Positions 48,504 through 58,841 of a stretch of DNA of 64,000 nucleotides are shown here, in pieces. This DNA comes from an uncultured beta proteobacterium (GTDB taxonomy: Bacteria; Pseudomonadota; Gammaproteobacteria; Burkholderiales; Casimicrobiaceae), in NCBI GenBank assembly GCA_963724545.1, contig CAVRVC010000007.1, forward strand, positions 99,162 to 163,161. The letters run 5' to 3'. The position numbers were made by a program, and so were the translations under genes. The first letter of the stretch is position 1, and the number at the start of each line of letters is the position of its first letter. Below the pieces are notes generated by a model that saw nothing but the letters and a program-made list of their open reading frames with translations, did not search any database and was not told the origin of the DNA.

Positions 48504-49638
48504 ATGCTGCTGACCGAGGAGCAGCGCCTCGTCCGCGACACGATCCGGTCGTTCGCGCAGGCGGAGCTCGCGCCCAATGCGGCGCACTGGGATCGCGAGC
48601 ACCGCTTTCCGCGCGAAGCGCTGCATGCGCTCGGCGGGCTCGGGGCGCTCGGGATGGTCGTGCCCGAGCGGTTCGGCGGCGCCGGGCATGGACTACGTGT
48701 CGCTCGCCGTCGCGCTGGAGGAGATCGCCGCGGGCGACGGCGCGACGTCGACGATCGTCAGCGTGCAGAACTCGGTGGTCTGCGGGCCGCTCAACGCGTT
48801 CGGCACCGACGCGCAGAAGGAGAAGTATCTGAAGCCGCTCGCGCGCGGCGAGCGCTTCGGCTGCTTCTGCCTCACCGAGCCGCACGTCGGCTCGGACGCC
48901 GGCGCGATCACCACGCGCGCCGAGCGCGACGGCGACGACTGGGTGCTGAACGGCGTGAAGCAGTTCATCACCACCGGCAAGAACGCCGACGTCGCGATCG
49001 TGTTCGCGGTCACCGACAAGGCGGCGGGCAAGAAGGGAATCTCGGGGTTCGTCGTCGATACCGCGACGGCGGGATTCGTCGTCGCGCGCGTCGAGGAGAA
49101 GCTCGGCCAGCGCGCGTCCGACACCGCGCAGATCGTGTTCGAGAATTGCCGGGTGCCCGCGGCGAATCTCCTCGGGCGCGAAGGCGACGGCTACCGGATC
49201 GCGCTCTCCAATCTCGAGGCCGGGCGCATCGGCATCGCCGCGCAGGCGGTCGGCATGGCGAGGTCCGCGCTCGATGCGGCGCTCGCCTTCGCGCGGGAGC
49301 GCACCGCCTTCGGCAAGGCGATCGCGTCGCATCAGGCGATCAATTTCAAGCTCGCGGACATGGCGACGCAGATCGAGGCGGCGCGCCAGCTCGTGTGGCA
49401 CGCGGCGGCGCTGCGCGATGCGGGGGAGCCCTGCCTCAAGGAGGCGTCGATGGCGAAGCTCTTCGCTTCCGAGATGGCCGAGCGGGTGTGTTCGGATGCG
49501 ATCCAGATTCACGGCGGCTACGGCTACGTCGCCGATTTCCCGGTGGAGCGGATCTACCGCGACGTGCGCGTTTGCCAGATCTACGAGGGCACGAGCGAGA
49601 TCCAGCGGCTGGTGATCGGCCGCGCCCTCGCCGGCTGA
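48504..49638 (+). pseudogene. acyl-CoA dehydrogenase with a single +1 frameshift at about 48688
   Basis: [36 protein letters not shown]...PERFGGAG | [18 protein letters not shown]...[12 protein letters not shown]...[17 protein letters not shown] (ggg[c]atggac). Confidence 0.88.
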
Positions 49639-49661
49639 CGCTCGATCACTGGAGGACACCC

Positions 49662-50267
49662 ATGGCCGCGCCGATCGATTTCTATTTCGACTTCTCGTCG
49701 CCGTACGGCTATCTCGCCGCGCAGAAGATCGAGGCGCTCGCGGCGAAGCACGGCCGCGAAGTGGACTGGCACCCGGTGCTGCTGGGCGTGATCTTCAAGG
49801 AGACGGGCGCGGCGCCGCTGACGATGGTGCCGCTCAAGGGCGACTATTCGCGGCGCGACTTCGAGCGCAGCGCCCGCTTCCACGGCATCGCGGGATTCCG
49901 CATGCCGCCGAAGTTTCCGATCGCGAGCCAGGCGCCGGCGCGGATCGTCCTGTGGCTGAAGGCCGGCGATCCGGCGCAGGCGGCGCGGGTCGCCAAGGCG
50001 CTGTATCGCGCGTTCTTCACCGAGGGCGTGGACATCTCGAGCCCGGAGCTCGCGACGTCCGTCGCGGCCCGCGAGGGTGTCGACGCGGCCGCTGCCCGCG
50101 CCGCGATCGACGATCCCGCGATCAAGGATCTGCTGAAGCGCGAGGTCGATCAGGCGATCGCGCGCGGCGTATTCGGCTCGCCCTTCATCGTCGTCGACGG
50201 CGAGCCGTTCTGGGGCCTGGACCGCTTCGACCAGGTGGAGCGCTGGCTCGCGACCGGCGGATTCTAG
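49662..50267 (+). CDS. 2-hydroxychromene-2-carboxylate isomerase / DsbA-like thioredoxin-fold protein
   Basis: GGAGGA before the ATG at 49662. IDFYFDFSSPYGYL...VFGSPFIVVDGEPFWGLDRF. A paralogue lies at 58838..59494. Confidence 0.8.
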   Translation: MAAPIDFYFDFSSPYGYLAAQKIEALAAKHGREVDWHPVLLGVIFKETGAAPLTMVPLKGDYSRRDFERSARFHGIAGFRMPPKFPIASQAPARIVLWLKAGDPAQAARVAKALYRAFFTEGVDISSPELATSVAAREGVDAAAARAAIDDPAIKDLLKREVDQAIARGVFGSPFIVVDGEPFWGLDRFDQVERWLATGGF

Positions 50268-50297
50268 GCGCCGCCCCGCATTGCTCCGGAGACTTCG

Positions 50298-50934
50298 ATG
50301 GCCGAATACATCCTGCATTGCTTCGCGCAATCGGGAAATGCGTACAAGCCGGCGCTGGCGCTGGAGCTCGCCGGCGCCGACTGGACCCCGCGCTTCGTCG
50401 ATTATTTCAACGGGGAAACGCGCACGCCCGGCCTATCGCGCGGTCAACGTGATGGGCGAGGTGCCGGTGCTCGAGCATCGGGGCGGCATGCTGTCGCAAT
50501 CGGGCGTGATTCTCGACTATCTCGCCGAGACGCTTGGCAAGTTCGGCCCCGCCAATGCCGCGGAGCGCCGCGAAATCCTGCGCTGGATCCTGTTCGACAA
50601 CCACAAGCTGACGAGCTACACGGCCACCTGTCGCTTCATGCGGGCCTTCGTGAAGGATCCGGAGCCCGCGGTGCTGGCGGAGTTTCGCCGTCGGGCCGAA
50701 ACCGCCTGGGGCGTGCTCGACGCGCACTTGCAGGATCGCCGCTACGTGGCCGCGGACCGGCTGACGATCGCCGATCTCTCGCTCGCCGGCTACCTCTTCT
50801 TCGACGACGAGATCGGCGTCGACTGGAACGTGTATCCTGCTATCCGCGACTGGCTCGCCCGCATCCGGAGCGAGCCGCGCTGGGTGCATCCGTACGAGCT
50901 GATGCCGGGGCATCCGCTGCCAGCCGCGCGCTGA
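50298..50934 (+). pseudogene. glutathione S-transferase family protein with a single +1 frameshift at about 50429
   Basis: MAEYILHCFAQSGNAYKPALALELAGADWTPRFVDYFNGETRTP | AYRAVNVMGEVPVLEH...SQSGVILDYL...TIADLSLAGYL (acgccc[g]gcctat). Confidence 0.8.
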
Positions 50935-50942
50935 TACCACAC

Positions 50943-51581
50943 ATGGGCATCCACGATCTCGCCTTGTTCGTCGCGGCCGGCCTCCTGCTCAACGTCACGC
51001 CGGGCCCCGACATGGCCTACATCGCCGCCCGCTCCGCCGCCGGTGGATTCCGCGCGGGGATGGCGGCCACGCTCGGCATCACCGCGGGCTGCATCGTGCA
51101 CACGCTCGCGGCGGCGGCCGGCCTGTCGGTGCTCCTCGCGACGTCCGCTGCCGCGTTCGGCGTCGTCAAGTGGTGCGGCGCCGCCTACCTTCTCTACGCC
51201 GGGGCCCGGCTCGTCGCCGCGAGCGTGCGACCCTCGCGCGGGATGCAGCGCCGCGCGCCGCTTCGGCCGGCGACGGCGTCGAGGATCTTCCGCGAAGCGC
51301 TCGTCATCAATGTGCTGAATCCCAAGGTCGCGCTGTTCTTTCTCGCGTTCCTGCCGCAGTTCATCGCGGCGGATGCGGACTCGAAGGCGCTCGCGTTCGT
51401 CGCGCTGGGCTGCCTCTTCAACTTCAACAGCCTGTTCGTCAACGTCCCCGTCGTCTGGCTCGCCGCGCGCGCCGGGCGCAGCGTCCGTGGGCACGCCGCG
51501 GCGGCGCGCTGGCTGACGGGGACTGTCGGCGCGCTGTTCGTGCTGCTCGCCGCGCGTCTCGCGACACTCGAGCGCGCGTGA
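50943..51581 (+). CDS. LysE/RhtB-family amino-acid exporter (intact paralogue of 47855..48488)
   Basis: [24 protein letters not shown]...[18 protein letters not shown]. Six predicted hydrophobic segments. Confidence 0.8.
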   Translation: MGIHDLALFVAAGLLLNVTPGPDMAYIAARSAAGGFRAGMAATLGITAGCIVHTLAAAAGLSVLLATSAAAFGVVKWCGAAYLLYAGARLVAASVRPSRGMQRRAPLRPATASRIFREALVINVLNPKVALFFLAFLPQFIAADADSKALAFVALGCLFNFNSLFVNVPVVWLAARAGRSVRGHAAAARWLTGTVGALFVLLAARLATLERA

Positions 51582-51600
51582 CGTTCCGGTCGAGACGTCC

Positions 51601-53208
51601 ATGCCCGTGATCGAAACGAAGCTCGACACCCGCGACGCGACGTTCGCGAAGAATCGCGACGCGATGGCGGCATTGGTCGCGGATCTTCGGACCAAAGTCG
51701 AGCGCATCGAGCAGGGCGGAGGCGAAGCGGCATGCGCGAAGCACGTCGCCCGCGGCAAGCTGCTGCCGCGCGAGCGCGTCCGCGCGCTTCTCGATCCCGG
51801 CTCGCCCTTCCTCGAGCTCTCGCAACTGGCGGCACACGGAATGTACGACGGGACGATCGCCGCCGCCGGCATCATCACCGGCATCGGTCGCGTGGCGGGC
51901 CGCGAGTGCGTCGTCGTGTGCAACGACGCCACGGTCAAGGGCGGCACGTATTACCCGCTCACCGTCAAGAAGCATCTCCGCGCGCAGGAGATCGCCCGCG
52001 AGAACCGCCTGCCTTGCATCTATCTGGTCGACTCGGGCGGCGCGAACCTCCCGAACCAGATCGACGTGTTTCCGGATCGCGACCACTTCGGCCGGATCTT
52101 CTACAACCAGGCGACGATGTCCGCGGAAGGCATTCCGCAGATCGCCGTCGTCATGGGCTCGTGCACCGCGGGCGGCGCCTACGTGCCCGCGATGTCGGAC
52201 GAGTCGATCATCGTCAAGGAGCAGGGAACGATCTTTCTGGGCGGTCCTCCGCTCGTGAAGGCCGCGACCGGCGAGATCGTGTCGGCGGAGGAGCTGGGCG
52301 GCGCCGACGTCCACACCCGCGTGTCCGGCGTGGCCGACCACTTCGCGCAGGACGACCATCACGCGCTCGCGATCGCCCGCCGGATCGTCGGCCATCTCAA
52401 CCGCGGCAAGGATGTCGGCGTCGAGCTCCGGGAGCCGGTGCCTCCGCGGTTCGATCCGCAGGAGATCTACGGCGTCATCAGCGCGGACATCAAGAAGCCC
52501 TACGACGTGCGCGAGGTGATCGCGCGCATCGCCGACGGCAGCGAGCTCGACGAATTCAAGGCGCGCTACGGCACGACGCTCGTCACCGGATTCGCGCGCA
52601 TCTGGGGCTATCCCGTCGGCATCGTCGCAAACAACGGCATCCTGTTCTCGGAATCGGCGCAGAAGGGCGCCCACTTCATCGAGCTCTGCGCGCAGCGCAA
52701 GATCCCGCTCGTGTTCCTGCAGAACATCACCGGCTTCATGGTCGGGAAGAAATACGAGGCCGGCGGCATCGCGCGCGACGGCGCGAAGATGGTCACCGCG
52801 GTGTCCTGCGCGCAGGTCCCGAAATTCACCGTGATCATCGGCGGCAGCTACGGCGCCGGCAATTACGGCATGTGCGGACGCGCGTTCGGTCCGCGCTTCC
52901 TGTGGATGTGGCCCAATGCGCGCATTTCGGTGATGGGCGGCGAGCAGGCCGCCACCGTGCTCGCGACGGTGCGCCGCGATGCGATCGAGGCGAAAGGCGG
53001 CGCGTGGAGCGCGGGGGAAGAGGAGGCGTTTCGCGCGCCGATCCGCGCGCAGTACGAAGAGGAAGGACATCCGTATTTCGCCAGCGCGCGCCTCTGGGAC
53101 GACGGCATCATCGACCCGGCGGACACGCGGCGGGTGCTGGGGCTCGCAATCTCGGCGTCGCTCAACCGTCCGATCGAGTCGACGAAATTCGGCGTCTTCC
53201 GGATGTAG
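51601..53208 (+). CDS. mccB: 3-methylcrotonyl-CoA carboxylase beta (carboxyltransferase) subunit
   Basis: 535 aa, uninterrupted. Acyl-CoA carboxyltransferase pattern: [15 protein letters not shown]...[18 protein letters not shown]...GGADVH...[16 protein letters not shown]. Lies in the liu gene context. Confidence 0.9.
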   Translation: MPVIETKLDTRDATFAKNRDAMAALVADLRTKVERIEQGGGEAACAKHVARGKLLPRERVRALLDPGSPFLELSQLAAHGMYDGTIAAAGIITGIGRVAGRECVVVCNDATVKGGTYYPLTVKKHLRAQEIARENRLPCIYLVDSGGANLPNQIDVFPDRDHFGRIFYNQATMSAEGIPQIAVVMGSCTAGGAYVPAMSDESIIVKEQGTIFLGGPPLVKAATGEIVSAEELGGADVHTRVSGVADHFAQDDHHALAIARRIVGHLNRGKDVGVELREPVPPRFDPQEIYGVISADIKKPYDVREVIARIADGSELDEFKARYGTTLVTGFARIWGYPVGIVANNGILFSESAQKGAHFIELCAQRKIPLVFLQNITGFMVGKKYEAGGIARDGAKMVTAVSCAQVPKFTVIIGGSYGAGNYGMCGRAFGPRFLWMWPNARISVMGGEQAATVLATVRRDAIEAKGGAWSAGEEEAFRAPIRAQYEEEGHPYFASARLWDDGIIDPADTRRVLGLAISASLNRPIESTKFGVFRM

Positions 53209-53230
53209 CATCGGAACGAGCGGAGGACCC

Positions 53231-54112
53231 ATGCCCAGCCCACGCAAGGCCGCCTCGACCGGCGGGAAAGCCGCGCGGCCCGCTGCCGCGCCGCGAGCGA
53301 AGAAGGCCGCGCGCTACGATACGATCGACGTCGATGTCCGCGAGTCGATCGCGATCGTCGTCCTCGCGCGACCCGACGTGCACAACGCGTTCGACGCGAC
53401 GCTCATTCGCGAGCTGACGCAGGCGCTCGAGGCGATCGACGCCGATCCCGACGTGCGTGCGGTCGTGCTGCTGGGGGAAGGCAAGAGCTTCTGCGCGGGC
53501 GCGGACCTCAACTGGATGCGGAAGATGGCGGGCTACGGCGCCGCCGAGAATCTCGCCGATGCGATGGCGCTGGCGGCGATGCTGCGGACGCTGCACGGCC
53601 TCGGCAAGCCGACGATCGCGCGCGTCCACGGGTCGGCCTTCGGCGGCGGCGTCGGTCTCGTCGCGTGCTGCGACATCGCGTTCGCGGCGCACGACGCGAC
53701 GTTCGCGCTGTCCGAGGCGAAGCTCGGGCTCATTCCCGCCACGATCGCGCCGTACGTGGTCGAGGCGATCGGCGCGCGGCAGGCGCGGCGGTACTTCCTG
53801 TCGGCCGAGAGATTCACCGCAGCGGAAGCCTTCCGCATCGGGCTCGTGCACGACATCCATCCGCTGAACGAGCTCGACGGCAGGATCAACGAGCTCCTCG
53901 GCGCGCTGCTGCTCGCCGGGCCGCGCGCGCAGGCGGAGTGCAAGGTGCTGATCCGCGCGGTCGCCGCGCGGCCGATCGACGACAAGGTAATCGCCGACAC
54001 CGCGGCGCGCATCGCGCGGGTGCGCGGGTCGGCGGAAGGCAAGGAGGGCGTCGCTGCCTTTCTCGGCAAGCGCCCGCCCGCCTGGGTACCGGCGGCGCTC
54101 AGATCGAAGTGA
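53231..54112 (+). CDS. liuC: methylglutaconyl-CoA hydratase (crotonase family)
   Basis: GGAGGA before the ATG at 53231. VVLARPDVHNAFD...VVLLGEGKSFCAGADLNWM...ARVHGSAFGGGVGLVACCD...EAKLGLIP. It has a Lys/Ala-rich N-terminal extension. Confidence 0.85.
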   Translation: MPSPRKAASTGGKAARPAAAPRAKKAARYDTIDVDVRESIAIVVLARPDVHNAFDATLIRELTQALEAIDADPDVRAVVLLGEGKSFCAGADLNWMRKMAGYGAAENLADAMALAAMLRTLHGLGKPTIARVHGSAFGGGVGLVACCDIAFAAHDATFALSEAKLGLIPATIAPYVVEAIGARQARRYFLSAERFTAAEAFRIGLVHDIHPLNELDGRINELLGALLLAGPRAQAECKVLIRAVAARPIDDKVIADTAARIARVRGSAEGKEGVAAFLGKRPPAWVPAALRSK

Positions 54113-54114
54113 AC

Positions 54115-54762
54115 ATGGGTCACGCGCTCTCGTCCCTGGACACCTGGCAGCTGATCGCGCTGGCGTCGGCCCTCGGATGGGCGAGCGGCATCCGGCTCTA
54201 CGCCGTGCTCTTCGTGGTCGGCGGACTGGGCTACCTCGGTGTCGTCGAGCTCCCCGGCGGGCTCTCCGTGCTCGCGCACCCGTGGGTGCTCGCGGCGTCC
54301 GGATTCATGTTCGGCGTCGAGTTCTTCGCCGACAAGGTTCCGGGCGTGGACACGTTGTGGGACGTCGTGCACACGTTCATCCGGATTCCCGCGGGCGCAG
54401 CGCTCGCGGCGAGCGTGTTCGGCGATTCGGGCGCCGCGACGACGCTCGCGGCGGCGATCCTCGGCGGCTCGCTTGCCGCCGGCAGCCACTTGGCGAAGGC
54501 CGGCGCGCGCGCGGTGATCAACACGTCGCCGGAGCCGTTCTCGAACTGGGCGGCGTCGTTCGGCGAGGATCTCGCCGTGGGCACGCTGCTGTGGCTCGCG
54601 TTCACGCATCCGGTCGCGGCGCTCGCCGTGCTGGCGGTCCTGGTGCTGCTGATGATCTGGCTCATCCCGAAGGTCTGGCGCTTCATCCGCATGCTCATCG
54701 GAAAAATGACCGGGATGGCGCGCGGCTCCGGTCCGACGACGGGGCGCGGCGCCGATGTTTGA
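54115..54762 (+). CDS. DUF4126-like integral membrane protein
   Basis: ATG at 54115, 3 nt after the liuC stop. Hydrophobic: WASGIRLYAVLFVVG...FFADKVPGVDTLWDVVHTFIRIPAGA. It is embedded between liuC and mccA, and its 3' end overlaps mccA by 8 nt. Confidence 0.7.
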   Translation: MGHALSSLDTWQLIALASALGWASGIRLYAVLFVVGGLGYLGVVELPGGLSVLAHPWVLAASGFMFGVEFFADKVPGVDTLWDVVHTFIRIPAGAALAASVFGDSGAATTLAAAILGGSLAAGSHLAKAGARAVINTSPEPFSNWAASFGEDLAVGTLLWLAFTHPVAALAVLAVLVLLMIWLIPKVWRFIRMLIGKMTGMARGSGPTTGRGADV

Positions 54763-56764
54763 AAAGATCCTGATCGCGAACCGCGGCGAGATCGCCTGCC
54801 GTGTCGCACGGACGGCGCGCCGCATGGGCATCCGCACCGTCGCCGTGTATTCGGATGCGGATGCCGACGCGCTGCACGTTGCCGTCTGCGACGAGGCCCA
54901 CCGGCTCGGGCCGCCGCCGCCCCGCGAAAGCTATCTCGACGGCAAGGCCATCGTCGCGATCGCCAAGCGGACCGGCGCGCAGGCGATTCATCCCGGCTAC
55001 GGCTTCCTGTCGGAGAACGAGGAATTCGCCGCGCAATGCGCAGAGGCGGGGCTCGTGTTCATCGGCCCGCCGCCGGCCGCGATCGCCGCCATGGGCTCGA
55101 AGTCCGCGGCGAAGAACATCATGGGTAACGCGAAAGTGCCGCTCGTGCCCGGCTATCACGGCGACGACCAGGATCCGCAGCGGCTGGCGCGCGAAGCGGC
55201 GGCGATCGGCTACCCGGTGCTGATCAAGGCGACCGCCGGCGGCGGCGGCAAGGGAATGAAGATCGTCGAGCGCGACGCCGATTTCGCCGCGGCGCTCGCC
55301 TCCGCGCAGCGCGAGGCCAGGGCCGGATTCGGCGACGACCGCGTGCTGATCGAGAAGTACCTGTCCTCGCCGCGCCACATCGAGATCCAGGTATTCGCCG
55401 ACACGCACGGCAACGCCGTCTACCTGTTCGAGCGCGACTGCTCCGTGCAGCGGCGCCACCAGAAGGTGCTGGAGGAAGCGCCGGCGCCCGGCATGAAGCC
55501 CGAACATCGGCGCGCGATGGGCGAGGCCGCCGTCGCGTGCGCCAAGGCGATCGGCTACGTCGGGGCAGGCACCGTCGAGTTCATTGCCGCGGACTCGTTC
55601 GCGCGGGACGGCGCGTTCTACTTCATGGAGATGAACACGCGGCTGCAGGTCGAGCATCCGGTCACCGAGATGGTCACGGGCGAGGATCTCGTCGAATGGC
55701 AGTTCCGGGTCGCGGCGGGCGAGCCGCTGCCGAAGCGCCAGGACGAGCTCGCGCTCTGCGGACACGCGATCGAGGCGCGCATCTACGCCGAGGACCCCGA
55801 CCGCGGTTTCCTGCCGTCGATCGGCACGCTGGTCCATCTTCGCGCGCCGGTCGAGGGTCCCGCCGTGCGCGTGGACACCGGCGTTCGCGCGGGCGACGCG
55901 ATCTCCCCGCATTACGACCCGATGATCGCCAAATTGATCGTCCACGGCGAGGATCGGGCCGCGGCGCTCAACCGGATCAAAGAGGCGCTCGCCGAGTACG
56001 AGATCGTCGGCGTCGCGACGAACGTCGCCTTCCTGAAGCGCGTCGTGTCGCACCAGGCGTTCGCCTCGGGCGCGGTCGACACCGGGCTCATCGCGCGCCA
56101 CCAGGCCGCGCTGTTTCCCGCCGCGGCCCCGGCGGCTGCCGATGTGCTGCTCGCGGCGGCGCTCGGAGAGACACAGGCGCTCGCGGCCGAGCGCGAAGCC
56201 GGTGCGCGCGCGTCGGGCGATCCGCATTCGCCGTGGCACGCGGTCGACCCTTGGTGGGCCAACAGCGGGCGCCACGCCATCTCGTTCACGTTCGACGACG
56301 GGCAGGCGCGCCATGACGTCGCGGTACGCCGCAATGGCGACGCCTGGCACGCGAGCCTTCCTTCGGGCGCCACCAGTGCGCGCGTCTTCGCTCGCGGCGG
56401 CCGGCTCGTCATCGCGACGCCGGACGCGGAATTCGCGGCGACGGTCGTGCGGCACGGTGAGGAGCGGCACGTCTTCTGTCACGGCGAGCACCGGAAGCTC
56501 GGCATCGTCGATCCCCTCGCGCACGCCGGCGAGGAAGAGGCGCATGGCGGGCATCTGAGGGCGCCGATGTCCGGCACCGTCGTCGCCGTGCTGGTCAAGG
56601 CCGGCGACAAGGTGGGCAAGGGCGCGCCGCTGATGATCCTGGAGGCGATGAAGATGGAGCACACGATCGCCGCACCCAAGGCCGGCATCGTAGCCGCCGT
56701 GAACTTCCGCGCGGGCGATCGCGTGACGGAAGGGGCGGACCTCGTCGACATCGACGACGCGTGA
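54755..56764 (+). CDS. mccA: 3-methylcrotonyl-CoA carboxylase alpha (biotin carboxylase plus BCCP) subunit
   Basis: MFEKILIANRGEIACRV..., ATP-grasp GGGGKGM, EMNTRLQVEHPVTE, C-terminal biotinyl motif LEAMKMEH. 669 aa, uninterrupted. Confidence 0.93.
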   Translation: MFEKILIANRGEIACRVARTARRMGIRTVAVYSDADADALHVAVCDEAHRLGPPPPRESYLDGKAIVAIAKRTGAQAIHPGYGFLSENEEFAAQCAEAGLVFIGPPPAAIAAMGSKSAAKNIMGNAKVPLVPGYHGDDQDPQRLAREAAAIGYPVLIKATAGGGGKGMKIVERDADFAAALASAQREARAGFGDDRVLIEKYLSSPRHIEIQVFADTHGNAVYLFERDCSVQRRHQKVLEEAPAPGMKPEHRRAMGEAAVACAKAIGYVGAGTVEFIAADSFARDGAFYFMEMNTRLQVEHPVTEMVTGEDLVEWQFRVAAGEPLPKRQDELALCGHAIEARIYAEDPDRGFLPSIGTLVHLRAPVEGPAVRVDTGVRAGDAISPHYDPMIAKLIVHGEDRAAALNRIKEALAEYEIVGVATNVAFLKRVVSHQAFASGAVDTGLIARHQAALFPAAAPAAADVLLAAALGETQALAAEREAGARASGDPHSPWHAVDPWWANSGRHAISFTFDDGQARHDVAVRRNGDAWHASLPSGATSARVFARGGRLVIATPDAEFAATVVRHGEERHVFCHGEHRKLGIVDPLAHAGEEEAHGGHLRAPMSGTVVAVLVKAGDKVGKGAPLMILEAMKMEHTIAAPKAGIVAAVNFRAGDRVTEGADLVDIDDA

Positions 56765-57705
56765 CGACGAGGGCGTCCGTCATGCGGATCCTGCTGCAAC
56801 CGCCGCGCGATGCGGGAGAGGCGTGGCACGCGGCGCTCGCGGCGGCGCTGCCGGACGCGGCGATCACCGTCTGGCCGGAGGCCCGCGCCGAGACCGATTA
56901 CGCGCTCGTCTGGAAGCCGCCGCCGGAATTGTTCGCCCGCGTGCGCCCCGCGAAGGCGATCTTCAATCTCGGCGCCGGCGTGGACGTGCTGCTGGCGGCG
57001 CCGAGATTGCCGGACGGCATTCCGGTGATCCGCCTCGAGGATGCCGGAATGGCCGAGCAGATGGTCGAGTACGTCGCCCTCGCGGTGCTTGCCGCCTATC
57101 GCGAGGCGAACGCGTACGCGGAGCAGCAGCGCGAAGGTCGCTGGCAGCCGCGGGAGCGGCTCGCGAAGGCCGCGTTCGGCGTCGGCTTCCTGGGCTTCGG
57201 TGTGCTGGGGCAGGCCGTCGCCGCGGGGCTCGCGCCGCTCGGCTTCCCGCTCGTCGCCTGGAGCGCGTCGAGGAAGGGGCTTCCCGGCGTCGTTTCCTTC
57301 GCCGGCCGCGGCGAGCTCGACCGCTTCCTCGCCGCGTCGCGCGTGCTCGTCTGCCTGCTGCCGTCCACGCCCGATACCCGAAACCTTCTCGACCGCGCGC
57401 GATTGTCGCGGCTGCCGCGCGGCGCCCACGTCGTCAACGTGGCGCGCGGCGACATCGTCGTGGACGACGATCTCGTCGCGCTGCTGGACGACGGCCACCT
57501 GGCCGGCGCCACGCTCGACGTCTTTCGCAGCGAGCCGCTGCCGCCCGGCCATCCGTTCTGGCATCATCCGCGTATCGCGCTGACGCCGCACACGTCGGCC
57601 GTGACGATGGTCGACGCGTCGGTCGCGCAGGTCGCCGCGAAGATCCGGCGCCTCGAGCGAGGCGACGAGGTCTCCGGCGTCGTCGATCGCGTTCGAGGCT
57701 ACTGA
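56761..57705 (+). CDS. D-2-hydroxyacid dehydrogenase (glyoxylate/hydroxypyruvate reductase A-like)
   Basis: GFLGFGVLGQAVA (NAD fold), NVARGDIVVDDDLVALLDDGHLAGATLDVFRSEPLPPGHPFW...TPH. The start is the GTG at 56761 or the ATG at 56782. Confidence 0.8.
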   Translation: MTTRASVMRILLQPPRDAGEAWHAALAAALPDAAITVWPEARAETDYALVWKPPPELFARVRPAKAIFNLGAGVDVLLAAPRLPDGIPVIRLEDAGMAEQMVEYVALAVLAAYREANAYAEQQREGRWQPRERLAKAAFGVGFLGFGVLGQAVAAGLAPLGFPLVAWSASRKGLPGVVSFAGRGELDRFLAASRVLVCLLPSTPDTRNLLDRARLSRLPRGAHVVNVARGDIVVDDDLVALLDDGHLAGATLDVFRSEPLPPGHPFWHHPRIALTPHTSAVTMVDASVAQVAAKIRRLERGDEVSGVVDRVRGY

Positions 57706-57723
57706 CCCCGGCTGCGCCTTGCC

Positions 57724-58644
57724 ATGACCCTTCGCTCGAAGCTCCCGTCGTCGGTCCGGCTCGTCGAAGTCGGTCCGCGCGACGGACTGCAGAACGAGAA
57801 GACGCTCGTTCCGACCGATGCCAAGGTCGCACTGATCGACGCGCTGACGGCCGCCGGATTTCCGGCGATCGAGACCACCGCCTTCGTCTCGCGGAAGTGG
57901 GTGCCGCAGATGGCGGACGCCGCCGACGTCATGGCGCGCATCCGGCGGAAGCCGGGCGTCCGGTACCCGGTGCTCACGCCCAACCTTCAAGGGTTCGAGT
58001 CGGCGCTCGCCGCGCATGCCGACGAGGTCGCCGTCTTCGTCGCCGCCAGCGAGACCTTTTCACGCAGGAACATCAATTGCGGCATCGAGGAGAGCCTCGA
58101 GCGCGCGCGGCCCGTCTTCGCCGCGGCGGCAGCGCACGGGGTCCGCGTGCGCGGCTACATCTCGTGCGTGCTGGGCTGCCCCTACGAGGGCGACATCGAT
58201 CCGCGCGGCGTCGTGCGGGTCGCCGCGGCGCTGTCGGCCATGGGCGCCTACGAGATTTCGCTCGCCGACACGATCGGCGTCGGCACGGCGGGCAAGACGG
58301 CGGCGTTGTTCGCCCTCGCCGCGGAACACGTCCCGGTTGCCGCGCTGGCCGGCCATTTTCACGACACGTACGGTCAGGCGTTGACCAATGTCTACGCGGC
58401 GATGGAGACGGGCGTGGCGACCTTCGACTGCTCGGTCGCGGGGCTCGGCGGCTGTCCCTACGCGAAGGGAGCCACGGGCAATGTCGCGAGCGAGGACGTC
58501 GTCTATCTGATGAACGGGCTCGGCATCGAGACCGGCGTGGATCTCGACGGGCTTCGCTTCGCCGGCGAGGCGATCTCGAAAGTGCTCGGGCGCCCGCCGG
58601 CGTCGCGTGTGGCGCGCGCGCTCGCCGCGAAGGTGGTCCAGTGA
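57724..58644 (+). CDS. hmgL: hydroxymethylglutaryl-CoA lyase
   Basis: VRLVEVGPRDGLQNE...ETTAFVSRKWVPQMAD...ISLADTIGVG...GHFHDTYGQAL...GLGGCPYAKGATGNVA. Confidence 0.92.
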   Translation: MTLRSKLPSSVRLVEVGPRDGLQNEKTLVPTDAKVALIDALTAAGFPAIETTAFVSRKWVPQMADAADVMARIRRKPGVRYPVLTPNLQGFESALAAHADEVAVFVAASETFSRRNINCGIEESLERARPVFAAAAAHGVRVRGYISCVLGCPYEGDIDPRGVVRVAAALSAMGAYEISLADTIGVGTAGKTAALFALAAEHVPVAALAGHFHDTYGQALTNVYAAMETGVATFDCSVAGLGGCPYAKGATGNVASEDVVYLMNGLGIETGVDLDGLRFAGEAISKVLGRPPASRVARALAAKVVQ

Positions 58645-58841
58645 GCGCCGATGGACGCGAGTCGACGGAGCAGGTTCCGTCGCCCTGCGTCAGCGTCTGC
58701 GTGATGGACGCCGACGGCAGCGTCTGCCTCGGCTGCTTCCGCACGCTGGATGAGATCGCCGCGTGGAGCGTCCTCGACGCGAGCGCCAAACGACGGGTGC
58801 TGGCAGCGCTGCCGGCGCGCAAGGCCGCGCGGCGCCGATGA
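58641..58841 (+). CDS. DUF1289-like small Cys-rich protein
   Basis: GTG at 58641 (GTGA overlap with hmgL). PSPCVSVCVMDADGSVCLGCFRTLDEIAAW (four Cys). 66 aa. ATGA overlap with the next gene. Confidence 0.65.
   Translation: MSADGRESTEQVPSPCVSVCVMDADGSVCLGCFRTLDEIAAWSVLDASAKRRVLAALPARKAARRR

Noticed and set aside
36383-48690. Programmed ribosomal frameshifting or transcriptional slippage as an explanation for the frame hops
   Set aside because: There are dozens of events in unrelated genes. No shared slippery heptamer or homopolymer context is present, and no downstream stimulatory structure is seen. The density (up to 1 per 65 nt) is incompatible with any known recoding mechanism.
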